Translations under genes and position numbers: made by a program
NCBI RefSeq assembly: GCF_011386835.1
Contig: NC_088798.1
Span: 7,874,001 to 7,938,000, forward strand
DNA from: Chrysemys picta bellii
Taxonomy: Eukaryota
Direction: 5' to 3'
Length of the DNA stretch: 64,000 nt
In this document: one piece after another, positions 13,704 through 24,033 of the stretch
Position numbering within the stretch: position 1 is the stretch's first letter
Layout: each line of letters begins with the position of its first letter
Notes under the pieces: generated by a model
Databases searched by the model: none
What the model saw: the letters and a program-made list of their open reading frames with translations, nothing else
Told to the model about the DNA's origin: nothing

Positions 13704-14136
13704 TAGAGATGGGTAGAATTTTTCAGAGGAAACTTTTTTCCTCCAAAAACTGCAGATTCGGGTCAACTGAAACATTTTGTGAATTCACATCAATTTTGCC
13801 AATTTGTTTCAATTAATAAAAAAAAACCTAAAACGGTGAAGCACGTCATTTCAACATTTCCTAAATGAAACCTTTTGATTTTTGTATTCAAACCAACTGT
13901 CTGTTTAGAAATTTGCTTCAATTTTATTTTAAAAACCTTTAAAAGAACTCCAGACCTAAACTAAACATTTTGTTTCAGGTTGACCAAAATGTATAATTCA
14001 ATCCCAAAACTCTTTTCCCCTGCCCCCAACATTTCGGTTCACCAAAAAAATTTCCATTTTGGGGCGCCCTAAAACAACTTGTTTTAAATTGATGAATCAT
14101 CCAGCAAGCTGAAAAATCAGTTATTGCGCAGTTCTA
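13704..14136. mobile_element. Old hAT-like element similar to 7833-8349
   Basis: TAGAGATGG start, CAGTTCTA end, similar AT-rich interior; no TSD seen. Confidence 0.45.
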
Positions 14137-15200
14137 ATGGTTTCTTCCATTCCTGACATAGCAATTTCTCAGGTGTAATGCTGGCAGAAAAACTATACAC
14201 TTTTAAGACCGGAGGTGAAGAATACAGAATCAATCTGAAACTTCAGCTAAAATTTGCTTGGAGATTTAGATGTAATTACTTGAATGGGCATTGGCTAGGA
14301 CTCTGGAGCTAGCACTGACCATCTTGCCAAGAGTGCTAGGAGATCTTTAGTGGCCATGAATGGTCAGGACCTCTGAAAGATGAATAGAACACTGGTCTTT
14401 TGAAGTTATTTTTCGGAGAAAAGATCTCTGTGAGCAATTAAAACCAATCCAAAATGGATTGTACTATCTGTGGGGCATCTGTACAGAACTTGGCTCAATG
14501 GGGCCCAACCTGGTTGTGGTTTTTAGACTGTGTCCAATATAAATGTTTAATAATAATAGGAGAAGAAGGAGAAGGAGAAAAAAATTAAATGTGGCCCAAG
14601 CCCTTACATTTGCCTCAAATGCTATGTAGAAAATAACGAACGGCCAAACTTTTCTGGCTGCCATCAGCTGCCATTTGAGAGAGTTACCAGTTACATTCTG
14701 CTATACGATAGTCAACTCCTCATTTTCTCCTTTACAGGTAGAATGCAAAATGATTCCGATTCCTTATAAAAATCATCTAGCAATTTAATTCCCTCAAGTG
14801 TCTTTTCTTGGTGCTGACAATAAGTGGCAGAGATTTTCTCTCACTTGCTCTTTTTTTTTTTTTTAAGTAAAGCTTTAATTACCTATGAGAAGGGCTGACT
14901 CGGCTTAAAGAGCTAGAGAAAACAAAGAGACTTCTCTCTGCGTCAAACCAGGAATCCTTTGGAAATAGTTGGAATCACTTGGAGGAAATTCATCTCCAAT
15001 AAGAAATTAAGTGTTTCTTTCCTTTAAAAGAATGGGCTTCACCTCTTCTTGCTCCTGACAGCCGGGTAAATGAGTGAGTAAGTTGTTCTTTGCTCTAGAC
15101 TTCATTTGAACCCCTGCTAACATGACCCATGCTGTAGATAGATATCCTGGGTCAGCCTAAAGTTTCTGGCAGATATATATATGAAATAGAAGGAGAGGGG

Positions 15201-15889
15201 TGTCGTAGGAAGACAGCCTAAGACGTAAGCTCTTGTATTAGAGGCCTGATATGAGGCAGGACCCGCTCACAGAATTTGGCAAGAACAGGGCTAATATTGC
15301 AGAAATACACATTTCTAAGAAGTGCTAGTCACAGAGTGTTCATTCAAACGCATCCCAATATCAAATGGTACCAGCACATCCCAATATCAAGGATGGTATA
15401 AAAACATTTCCCAAGAATAACAGGAACACACTGACCCCCTCCTAAAAGATAAGGTCAGGATAACAGTACGTAATAGACATGTATTAATTGAACCAACATG
15501 TACAAGGTGATGGGTGATAGCTAGCCACGTCAGGGGGCAGTAACTACCTATGTCAAAGGTGCAGTAATAACTGGTTTGTATCAGGATATAAAGATGCATC
15601 TCAAAGGGAGTATTTTTGTCTGGCCTAGGGAGAAATGGAAAATCCCGCCGTTCACTGAGCTGGTCCGTTATTACAGGCATACATATATTAGTGATCCGGT
15701 AGAGTTTCCAGGATACTAGTACCATGCTTCATAGACAATAAACCTGGCTGGATGTCTTCATCCCTTAACAGATCTTGTGGTCATCGGGTGGTTCACTCGA
15801 GGTCTGCCATGCCAGCTGTCTGCACAGGGCTCGGGCGACACACAGAGGGAACACACACACACCCAAACATCTATCAACATCTAGCCACA
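15201..15889 (+). mobile_element. Solo LTR related to 4558-5327
   Basis: TGTCGT...GCCACA termini, GGGG on both flanks; shares AGAGGCCTG(G/A)TATGAGGC, GAACCAACATGTACAAGGTGA, AATAAACCTGGC and CACAGAGGGAACACAC blocks with the first LTR. Confidence 0.85.
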
Positions 15890-16590
15890 GGGGGGAGAGG
15901 CAAAAGAAGTCAGGGATAAAGAATAAAAGCATGTGTCCATTGTCAAGGCACCAAACGGTCAAAGTAACAGAGAGGCTGGAATTTGGTGCATGTTGCTATT
16001 AAAAGGACGTTGGGAAAATAGATTCTTGCTTTTTTGCATTTTTATTTCATTAGTTGAATGCCTTTGGAAGGTCAGTAATTAAAGGACCAAAAGAAAAATG
16101 ATATTAGTAGCTCGTGCTGATATGACCAAAGCTAGAGTCTGAACAGCGCAATTATGATTCTTAAGGAAACAGATTTTTTTTTAAATCAATAAAAGCTATA
16201 ATAAAAGGATAAATGTGCAGTGAGCCCAGAACATTGGCCACTAGAGAGGCAAGTGATGCAGGGAAAAGCCAAGCCTGTCCACCAGCTGTCACTTCAATAT
16301 GGATTTTATTAATTCTCTGGTATAGCAATTCATTTAGAAGTAGCGTCAAAGAGCTTCCTTCTCCCACACAGATCACATGCTGGGGAGGGGAAGGAGAGGG
16401 AGGGCAGGGCTGCCTAGAGGATTCAGGGGGCCTGGGGCAAAGCAATTTTGGAGGCCCCTTCCATAAAAAAACGTTGAGATACCTCCTGTCATGCATCATA
16501 CAGGGGTTAAAACCACAGCTTATCATTAGCAATGCACAAAGTAAAAACATATCCCCAGCCAGCTCCGCCACTGGTGTAAATTGTCACAAA

Positions 16591-18134
16591 CAGGGCCGGC
16601 TCTAGGTTTTTTGCCGCCCCAAGAAAAGAAAATTTTGGCTGCCCCCCCATCCCAGCCCTGGGCTCCTCACTGCACTCCCCTGCTGCCCCAGCCCTGGGCT
16701 CTCCCCACCCACTCACACTCCCTGCCGCCCCAGCTCTGGGCTCCCTCATTCCCCCCCACCATTGCCCCCCACACACACCTCCTGCCACCCCAGCCCTGGG
16801 CTCTCTCCCCCACCTGCACCTTCCTTCCGCCGCAGCCCTAGGTCATTGGTAACTCGCTCCCAGGGCGGGTCATTCAGCAGGAATTTTAGATGTGCACAGA
16901 ACAGACAGGATTGGTTCCCATATGGTTACAGAACAGCAGTAAAGTGGAACAATTTTCAGCTTGTGTGATTGGAGGATATCTGGATGCATATTATAAGACT
17001 GTCCTCCATAAATGAGGAAAAGTTGAGATGCCTTTATTATTCTTTTCTTCCACTCTTTCTTTCTATGGGGCATTTGCCAATGCAATATCACCATCTTCCT
17101 TTTAAACAAACAAAGAAAAAGGCAATGGCTGTTGAAAATAACAATTCCAGTCCTAATAACCACTGCGAAGTATTTCTTGCTCAATTTTATCCTACTTTTT
17201 CTACAGCAAGTTACAGTGGATCAGTATATTTGATTTGGGAGAAATGAAGTAACAGCCACCCAGACTGAGCTTGAGCACTCCTGAATTTTGAGGTGTTCAA
17301 ATCTGGAAGGCAGGTGCGGGGGGGAGGGGAGAAGGGAAGGGGGCTGTGGCTCCGCGGGGGAGCATGGCAGCAACAGTATGTCTGGCGCTGCGTGGAGCCA
17401 GACATGCTGGTGTGAGTGGCACGGTAAGGGGGCTGGAGGCTGGATGGGGCGGAGGTTCGGGGGGGGCAGTCAGGTGCAAGGAGAAGGGGGAGTTAGATGG
17501 GTCGGGGTTGTGGCAGCAGTCAGGGGACAGGCAGCAGTTGGATAGGCATGGGAGTCCCGGGGATTTGTCAGGGGACAGGTAGGGGGTGGGGTCCTAGGGT
17601 GGAAGTTGGGGCGGTCTCAGGAGGGGGCAGTTGGGGACAAGGAAAGAGAGGCTTAGATAGGGAGTGGGGTCCTGGGGGGCAGTTGGGGCAGGAGTCCTGG
17701 GAGGAGGTGATCAGGGGACAGGGAGCAGAGCAGGTTGGATGGGTTGGGGTTTCTGTGGGGGGCAGTTGGAGGGGGTGGATGGTGGCAGGGTGGGGCTATC
17801 CTCCCTCCCTATGGAGTGTCCTGTTTTTTGAATGTTAAAATATGGTATCCCTGCCCTTCCCAGTGCAGCTCTCCATTCATAGCAGGCTGCAGCATGAGGT
17901 CTCAGCTACCTCACTCCCTCCCCCTCTTTCCTGTTGGTAGTGACCAAGGGAATTCTGGGAAATGTAGTTCTTTCCCTGCACCAAGGCTGGCTCTATAGGC
18001 AGGGAGCTAACCAAGGAACTACAGCTCCCAGGGCCCCCTGTTGGTTCTCAGCTCCCATGCTGGATCCCTGCTGCCCCTGCAAATGGGCTGCCCCAAGCAC
18101 CTGCTTGCTTTGCTGGTGCCTAGAGCCGCCCCGG
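16591..18134. mobile_element. Non-autonomous hAT element, 1.5 kb (CAGGGCCGGCTC family)
   Basis: CAGGGCCGGCTCTAGG / CCTAGAGCCGCCCCGG ends; perfect TSD GTCACAAA (16583-16590, 18135-18142); C-rich, AT-rich and G-rich internal blocks. Confidence 0.9.
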
Positions 18135-18525
18135 GTCACAAATCCATTTATTTCAAGCAATGGACAGAGCAGTTTCACTGAAATCAATACAATTAAGACA
18201 ATTTACATTAGCTGGGGATCTGGCCCTCCAAGTTTCAGAAGAGTTAGAGAAACTCCCACCAGACCAGGTCCTATGCTAAGCACCTCCTTTAGTCTAGAAA
18301 CCCCACAATACAAAATTCACAAGACCTCCAGAACTTCCAGCTGTCTCTGGACTCCAGAGCGAGAATACAGAATACAGAGAGAATAGTCTATTTTCTGTTA
18401 CACTGATACCAGCAGGAGCCAGAATGTGTAGATGCAACATAGAAATTAAACAACAAAAATAAGAAAGTTAGCCACATATTTTCAAACCTCTAGTGAGATG
18501 TCTGGGATCATGGCCCACTACTAGG

Positions 18526-19491
18526 TAGGGTTACCATTCGTCCGGATTCCCCCGGACATATCCGGCTTTTAGAGTTAAAAATAGCCTCGGGGGGAATCTG
18601 TAAATGTCCGGACTTCCCCCGCATGCAGAGCACGCGCTGCTGACAGGGTAGCCAGCCGGATGGTGCCACTTACATAGGTCTCCAACAGCCAGAAAGAGCC
18701 CCTCCTCTGCTTCCCCCTCCTCTCCCCTGCAGCTGAGATCCCTCCCTCCCTGCATTCGCAGATCACCAGCCGGCCGTTCACACCGGCAGTCTGGAGCTCC
18801 TCCCCCTGCTCTTCCTCCCTGGCACGCTTGTCTGAGCGGCAGGGTAAGGGGGCCAGGAGGTCGGAGAAGGGGCAGGGAGGTTCTGGAGGGTACAGTCAAG
18901 AGACAGGGAGCTGGCAGGGTTGGGAGTTCGGGGGCGCTTTTTGGGGGTGGGGATGTGGATAAGGTTTTGGGCAGTCAGGGTACAGGTAGGGGGTAGGATC
19001 CTAGGGGGACAGTTAGGGTGGGGGGGACTCAGGAGGGGGCAGTCAGGGGACAAGGAGCGGGGGGTTGTTTGGGAGTTCTGGGGGGGGCTGTCAGGGGGTG
19101 GGGAGTGGTTGGATGGGGCGTGGGAATCCCGGGGGTCTGTCTGGGGGTGGGGGTGTGGATAAGGGTTGGGGCAGTCAAGGGACAGGTAGGGGGTAGGGTC
19201 CTAGGGGGAAGTTAGGATGGGGGGAGGGTCTCAGGAGGGAGCAGTCAGGGAACAAGGAGCAGGGAGGCTTAGGTAGGGGGTGGAGTCCTGGGGGGCAGTT
19301 AGGGGCAGGGGTCCCAGGAGGGCGCAGTCAGGGGACAAGGAGCAGGGGGAGGGTTGGAGGTTCTGAGGGGGGCGGGAAGTGGGAGGGAGTGGATGGGGCG
19401 GGGCTAGGGCAGGGCAGGGGCGGGGCTAAGGCAGGACAGGGGCAGGGCTCCTCCCGTCCTCTTTTTTGCTTGCTGAAATATGGTAACCCTA
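18526..19491. mobile_element. Non-autonomous hAT element (TAGGGTTACCAT TIR, Tip100-like)
   Basis: 12-bp TIR TAGGGTTACCAT / ATGGTAACCCTA; perfect TSD CTACTAGG (18518-18525, 19492-19499); internal duplication (about 18945-19060 vs 19143-19262). Confidence 0.92.
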
Positions 19492-19504
19492 CTACTAGGT
19501 GAAG

Positions 19505-19701
19505 TATCAGAGGGGTAGCCGTGTTAGTCTGGATCTGTAAAAAGCAACAAAGAGTCCTGTGGCACCTTATAGACTAACAGACGTATTGGAGCATAAGCTT
19601 TCGTGGGTGAGTACGTCTGACAAAGTGGGTATTCACCCACGAAAGCTTATCCTCCAATACGTCTGTTAGTCTATAAGGTGCCACAGGACTCTGTCGCTTT
19701 T
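19505..19701 (-). mobile_element. Penelope-like element (PLE) 3'/pLTR-derived fold-back insert
   Basis: TATCAGAGGGGTAGCCGTGTTAGTC terminus; about 60-bp near-perfect inverted repeat; direct repeat TACTAGGTGAAG at 19493-19504 and 19702-19713. Confidence 0.8.
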
Positions 19702-19727
19702 TACTAGGTGAAGGTTCAGATTGGTTT

Positions 19728-19905
19728 GGAGGGATAGCTCAGTGGTTTGAGCATTAGCCTGTTAAACCCAGAGTTATGAGCTCAAGCCTTGAGGGGGCCA
19801 TTTAGGGATCTGGGGCAAAAATCTGCCTGGGGATTGGTCCAGCTTTAAGCAGTGGGTTGGACTAGATAACCTGCTGAGGTCCCTTCCAACCCTGATATTC
19901 TATAC
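19728..19905 (+). mobile_element. Tortoise PolIII/SINE, tail interrupted by the hAT transposon
   Basis: Same head and tail as 552-714; the hAT TSD TTCTATAC lies in its ATTCTA tail. Confidence 0.9.
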
Positions 19906-20010
19906 CACATGTGTCAAACTCAAGGCCCGCGGGCCACATCCGGCCCGCCATACAATTATATCCGGCCCGCGAAATCGTTTTATATATCTGTTTTTAATGG
20001 CCCTGTGATA

Positions 20011-20049
20011 TGACGCCCCAATAACACACACTACAAATCCCATGATGCA
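20011..20049 (+). promoter_or_regulatory. Putative transposase promoter cassette (TGACG, CCAAT, ZNF143/THAP11-type motif)
   Basis: TGACG 20011-20015, CCAAT 20018-20022, ACTACAAATCCCATGATGCA 20030-20049 resembling the ACTACAnnTCCCA motif, about 90 bp upstream of ATG 20141. Confidence 0.5.
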
Positions 20050-20189
20050 GTGCAATTGCCGCCAACGGCAAGCCGCGGTTCAAGTTCGCGGTCTGTTGAT
20101 GTATACAACGCTAATCTCAAATCAAAGCTAGACCCCAACAATGGCCAAGAGAAAACCGAGGCTTTCAAAGCCGGTGGGAGAATGAGTAT

Positions 20190-21935
20190 ATGTTTACTGA
20201 AATTGCAGGTAAACCAGTGTGTCTCCTTTGCGGGAGTAATATCGCTGTAATGAAGGAGTATAACCTAAGACGGCACTACGAGACGAAACATGAGAACAAA
20301 TTCAAAAACCTGAGCGCAGGACAGAAGCTACAAAAGGTAGAGGAGTTGAAGAAGAATTTGACATCCCAGCAGACGTTTTTCACCAAAGCAAAATCACAAA
20401 GTGAAGCTGCTGTGAAAGCAAGTTTCATTGTGGCCGAAGAGATCGCCAAATCAGGACGGCCGTTTACCGAGGGGGAATTCGTAAAGAATTGTATGATGAA
20501 AGTGTGCGACGTCCTTTGTCCAGATAAAACGCGAGCGTTTGCAAATGTAAGCCTCAGCAGAAACACTGTTGCTAATCGGGTCTGTGAGATGGCGACTGAT
20601 TTGAAAACACAGTTGATTGAAAGAGCAAAAGATTTTGTTGCATACTCCCTTGCCGTGGATGAAACTACTGACGCGACTGACACTGCACAGCTGGCGATAT
20701 TTATCCGTGGTGTGGATTCCAATTTGTGCGTAACAGAGGAAATACTGGACATTAAATCGATGCACGGGACAACGAAAGGAGAAGACATCTTTGGAAATGT
20801 ATTTCAAAGTGTAACCGACATGAAACTGCCGTGGGAAAAACTCGTTGGACTTACAACAGATGGCGCACCTGCTATGTGTGGTGAAAAAAATGGACTGGTG
20901 GGAAGGATGCGCTCAAAGATGCGGGAGGAGAACTGTGCCGGTGAGTTGACAGTGTATCACTGCATCATACACCAGGAATCGCTGAGTGCTAAAGTCCTAA
21001 AAATGGATCATGTGATGAACACTGTAACACAAACCGTCAACTTTATCAGAGCCCACGGTTTAAATCACCGCCAATTCCAGTCTTTTCTGCGGGAAATAGA
21101 TAGCGAATTTGGCGATATGCCATATCATACGGAGGTCCGGTGGCTAAGTCGGGGAAAAGTTCTCAAAAGACACTTTGAGCTGCGAGAGGAAATCTGCCAG
21201 TTCATGGACAGTAAGGGGAAAGACTGCACAGTTCTGCGGGATGAAAAGTGGAAATGTGAGTTGGCGTTCCTGGCTGACATAACGTCGCATCTTAGCGCTT
21301 TAAACCTTCAACTCCAGGGACGGGAGCACATAATAACCGATATGCATGATGCAGTGAAGGCATTTCAAGTGAAGCTGCGCTTATGGGAGACACAAATGCA
21401 CCAATGCAACTTGTCTCACTTTCCCTGTTGCCAAGTAATACGGAACCAAGAAAGTGCCACAGTTTTCCCAAATGCCACCTTTGCTGAAAAACTCAGCGCG
21501 CTGCGCACTGAGTTCGCACGGCGCTTCAGTGACTTTGAGGCACAGAAAAGTAACTTCGAGCTGCTTCGCAACCCATTTGCAGTCGATGTGGAAACCGCAC
21601 CTGTAGAAATGCAGATGGAGCTGATAGAACTGCAATGTAACGGGACACTGAAGGCAAAGTACGACACTGCGGGGCCAGCACAGTTCACTCGCTTCATTCC
21701 TGAAGCGATGCCGCAGCTCCGCCAACATGCGGCTCGAATCCTGTCCATGTTTGGCAGCACATATCTGTGCGAGCAGCTGTTCTCTGTGATGAAAATTAAC
21801 AAAACGTCACACAGGAGTCGCCTCACTGATGAACACCTGCAATCGATCCTGAGAATCTTCACAACACAGAACCTAACCCCAAACATAAACGAACTTGTTG
21901 CAAAGAAAAGACTCCAAGTATCAGGCTCTGACTAA
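20190..21935 (+). CDS. hAT transposase, 581 aa from internal ATG (BED-type Zn finger, DDE core, C-terminal dimerisation region)
   Basis: CLLC...NLRRHYETKH finger; AVDETTD (D), TTDGAPAM (D), HCIIH (CxxH), VRWLS (RW), STYLCEQLFS (E); no internal stop. The likely natural ATG at 20141 (MAKRK) is out of frame. Confidence 0.93.
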   Translation: MFTEIAGKPVCLLCGSNIAVMKEYNLRRHYETKHENKFKNLSAGQKLQKVEELKKNLTSQQTFFTKAKSQSEAAVKASFIVAEEIAKSGRPFTEGEFVKNCMMKVCDVLCPDKTRAFANVSLSRNTVANRVCEMATDLKTQLIERAKDFVAYSLAVDETTDATDTAQLAIFIRGVDSNLCVTEEILDIKSMHGTTKGEDIFGNVFQSVTDMKLPWEKLVGLTTDGAPAMCGEKNGLVGRMRSKMREENCAGELTVYHCIIHQESLSAKVLKMDHVMNTVTQTVNFIRAHGLNHRQFQSFLREIDSEFGDMPYHTEVRWLSRGKVLKRHFELREEICQFMDSKGKDCTVLRDEKWKCELAFLADITSHLSALNLQLQGREHIITDMHDAVKAFQVKLRLWETQMHQCNLSHFPCCQVIRNQESATVFPNATFAEKLSALRTEFARRFSDFEAQKSNFELLRNPFAVDVETAPVEMQMELIELQCNGTLKAKYDTAGPAQFTRFIPEAMPQLRQHAARILSMFGSTYLCEQLFSVMKINKTSHRSRLTDEHLQSILRIFTTQNLTPNINELVAKKRLQVSGSD

Positions 21936-22911
21936 ATAGGACAAGAAAATGGAATGTTATGATTTGTTATGATTATACTTTTGCTTTAAATTCAATTTTT
22001 TATTTATATTTTCAGATTTTTTAATATTCCAGCATGTACAGATTTTGAATGTATTGTATTGACAGGATATTTTTTTATGAAGAGCAAAATATTTTAAGTT
22101 GAAATGTATTTATTTTGGAATGATATCCTGTATTTTGGTTCATATTAATGGTTAAAAAACATAAATATTTAGTCTGTTAAATAAATGGTTATACTGTTCG
22201 GCCCGCGAGTTTTGAGTTTTGGCCCCCTGTGCAATTGAGTTTGACACCCCTGTTCTATACTAATTACTCCACCCATCTCTTCACCTCCCAGTGTGTGCCA
22301 TACAAATGACAGGGTTGACAAAACTCATTTAAAAAAAAAAAGTATGGCTGATTACCACAAGGAATATTTTTCATTGCATATAGCTATGCCTTTGGAGGTA
22401 CAGAAGGTCTAGAGCCGGGGCTTTGTAAGCCATATCTAAGGCCCTTCATTTTCAGTTTTTAAGGATCTTTACTGAAAAATTCTCAGGTTTTACAAAACCT
22501 ATTATTCGATTTTTATTGATTTTCATTCGAATTTTGCACCATTCAAGTACTAATTATGTTAAGAAAATCCAATGCCTTACATTGAGTAGGTTTGCTTATG
22601 TTAATAAACAATTAGTCTAGGTGTATACCTGAGTCTATTTGTTAAAGAAAGGCAATTTAGTGAAAGATACACACACACACACACACACACGTGTATGTAC
22701 TATTAACGTACAGTTCATGAAATAAACCACAACATTAAACTGCTTTCACTTTCAATACTCTTTACTTTTCTCTAGTTGTTGCTTTTTTCTGTCATCCCGT
22801 CACCCAATATTAACCCTGATATTTGTCCAGAAAACTGGGAAGTTAATTTTTTGCACTGATTTTCACTTATTTTAAGGGGCAATTTTAAACAAAATAAACA
22901 CTGAAAATGAA

Positions 22912-23096
22912 AAAAGCAACAGAGGGTCCCGTGGCCCCTTTAAGACTAAGAGAAGTATTGGAGTATAAGCAAGTCTGAGGAAGTGGGCATTCACCCACCA
23001 AAGCTTATGCTCTAATACATCTGTTAGTCTTAAAGGTGCCACAGGACCCTCTGTTGCTTTTTACAGGTTCAGACTAACATGGCTACCCCTCTGATA
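22912..23096 (+). mobile_element. PLE-derived fold-back insert, same subfamily as 19505-19701
   Basis: Ends GACTAACATGGCTACCCCTCTGATA; inverted 5' arm from AAAAGCAAC; flanked by (A)CTGAAAATGAA at 22900-22911 and 23096-23107. Confidence 0.8.
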
Positions 23097-23659
23097 CTGA
23101 AAATGAAGGGCCTTATTACAGACAGATCCTCCCATTTCACTCACATGGACAACCTCCTCCCATTTGCAACCACATGCACCACTTCTTCCATCTTCTCCTA
23201 TTCATCATCTATCAAGTCACCTTCCCCCCGTCACAATCATGCAACATCCCACTGGCAACTACAGCAATTGTTCATTTTTGACTGTTTATTGGTGGCTCAT
23301 GTTTCTGCCCCTTCCTCTGGAAACAAGGGGAGAAACGCAGCCAAGATGCCCACACTAGGAGCCACTGGTACAAAGGAGGAGAGGGCATCTCGGCTGGTTC
23401 CTGCTCTTTGATACCAAGTGCCTTGATAAGCCTCTGGGGTCATCTTTTCAATGAGGAGTCTGGACAACCATAGAAGAAGCTCTCACTATCGAAGTGGTGA
23501 TGACACCAGATGTGACCTGCCAGCTCTTCATGAAACAAATGCAAGAGCTCTTCAGAACACATGGACCACAGCCTGACAACCATCATCTTTTGTGGATGGG
23601 ATACCCCACCAACTTCACTGGTTGCCATGTAAAAGTCAAGACTTGCCCTGCTCTAAGTA

Positions 23660-23846
23660 CACCTCTACCCCGATATAACACTGTCCTCAGGAGCCAAAAA
23701 ATCTTACTGCGTTATAGGTGAAATTGCATTATATTGAACTTGCTTTGATCCGCCGGAGCATGCAGCCCCCACCCCCAGAGCGCTGCTTTACCATGTTATA
23801 TCCGAATTCGCGTTATATCGGGTTGCATTATATCGGGGTAGAGGTG
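23660..23846. mobile_element. Tc1/mariner-type MITE
   Basis: Perfect 19-bp TIR CACCTCTACCCCGATATAA / TTATATCGGGGTAGAGGTG flanked by TA on both sides. Confidence 0.9.
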
Positions 23847-24033
23847 TATAAGGATATACTGCAATGTATCAAGTATCCCTGCTTGGTGAGTGTTGGCACT
23901 GAATGTTGTCAACTATTATATGGCTGATATTGACACGAATCTAATATAGCTATTAACTCTTCCAAAAGACTGGGGAAAGAGCCCACTGTATCACATACTC
24001 TTTTAGTTCCATGGGTTCAGTAAATAAGATGAC

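Larger units (their letters stand above)
19906..22252 (+). mobile_element. Full-length hAT DNA transposon (Charlie/OC1-like, GTF2IRD2-type transposase clade)
   Basis: Left end CACATGTGTCAAACTCA, right end TGAGTTTGACACCCCTG (13/16 match as inverted repeats); perfect 8-bp TSD TTCTATAC at 19898-19905 and 22253-22260; subterminal GGCCCGCG motifs at both ends; encloses transposase ORF. Confidence 0.97.

Noticed and set aside
16507-19215. Many Gly/Pro-rich ORFs (also 2810-3308, 30080-30599, 39727-40227, 59254-59865)
   Set aside because: They arise from GC-rich, stop-poor MITE interiors.
20276-21886. Minus-strand ORFs of 115-170 aa
   Set aside because: Antisense shadows of the transposase ORF.
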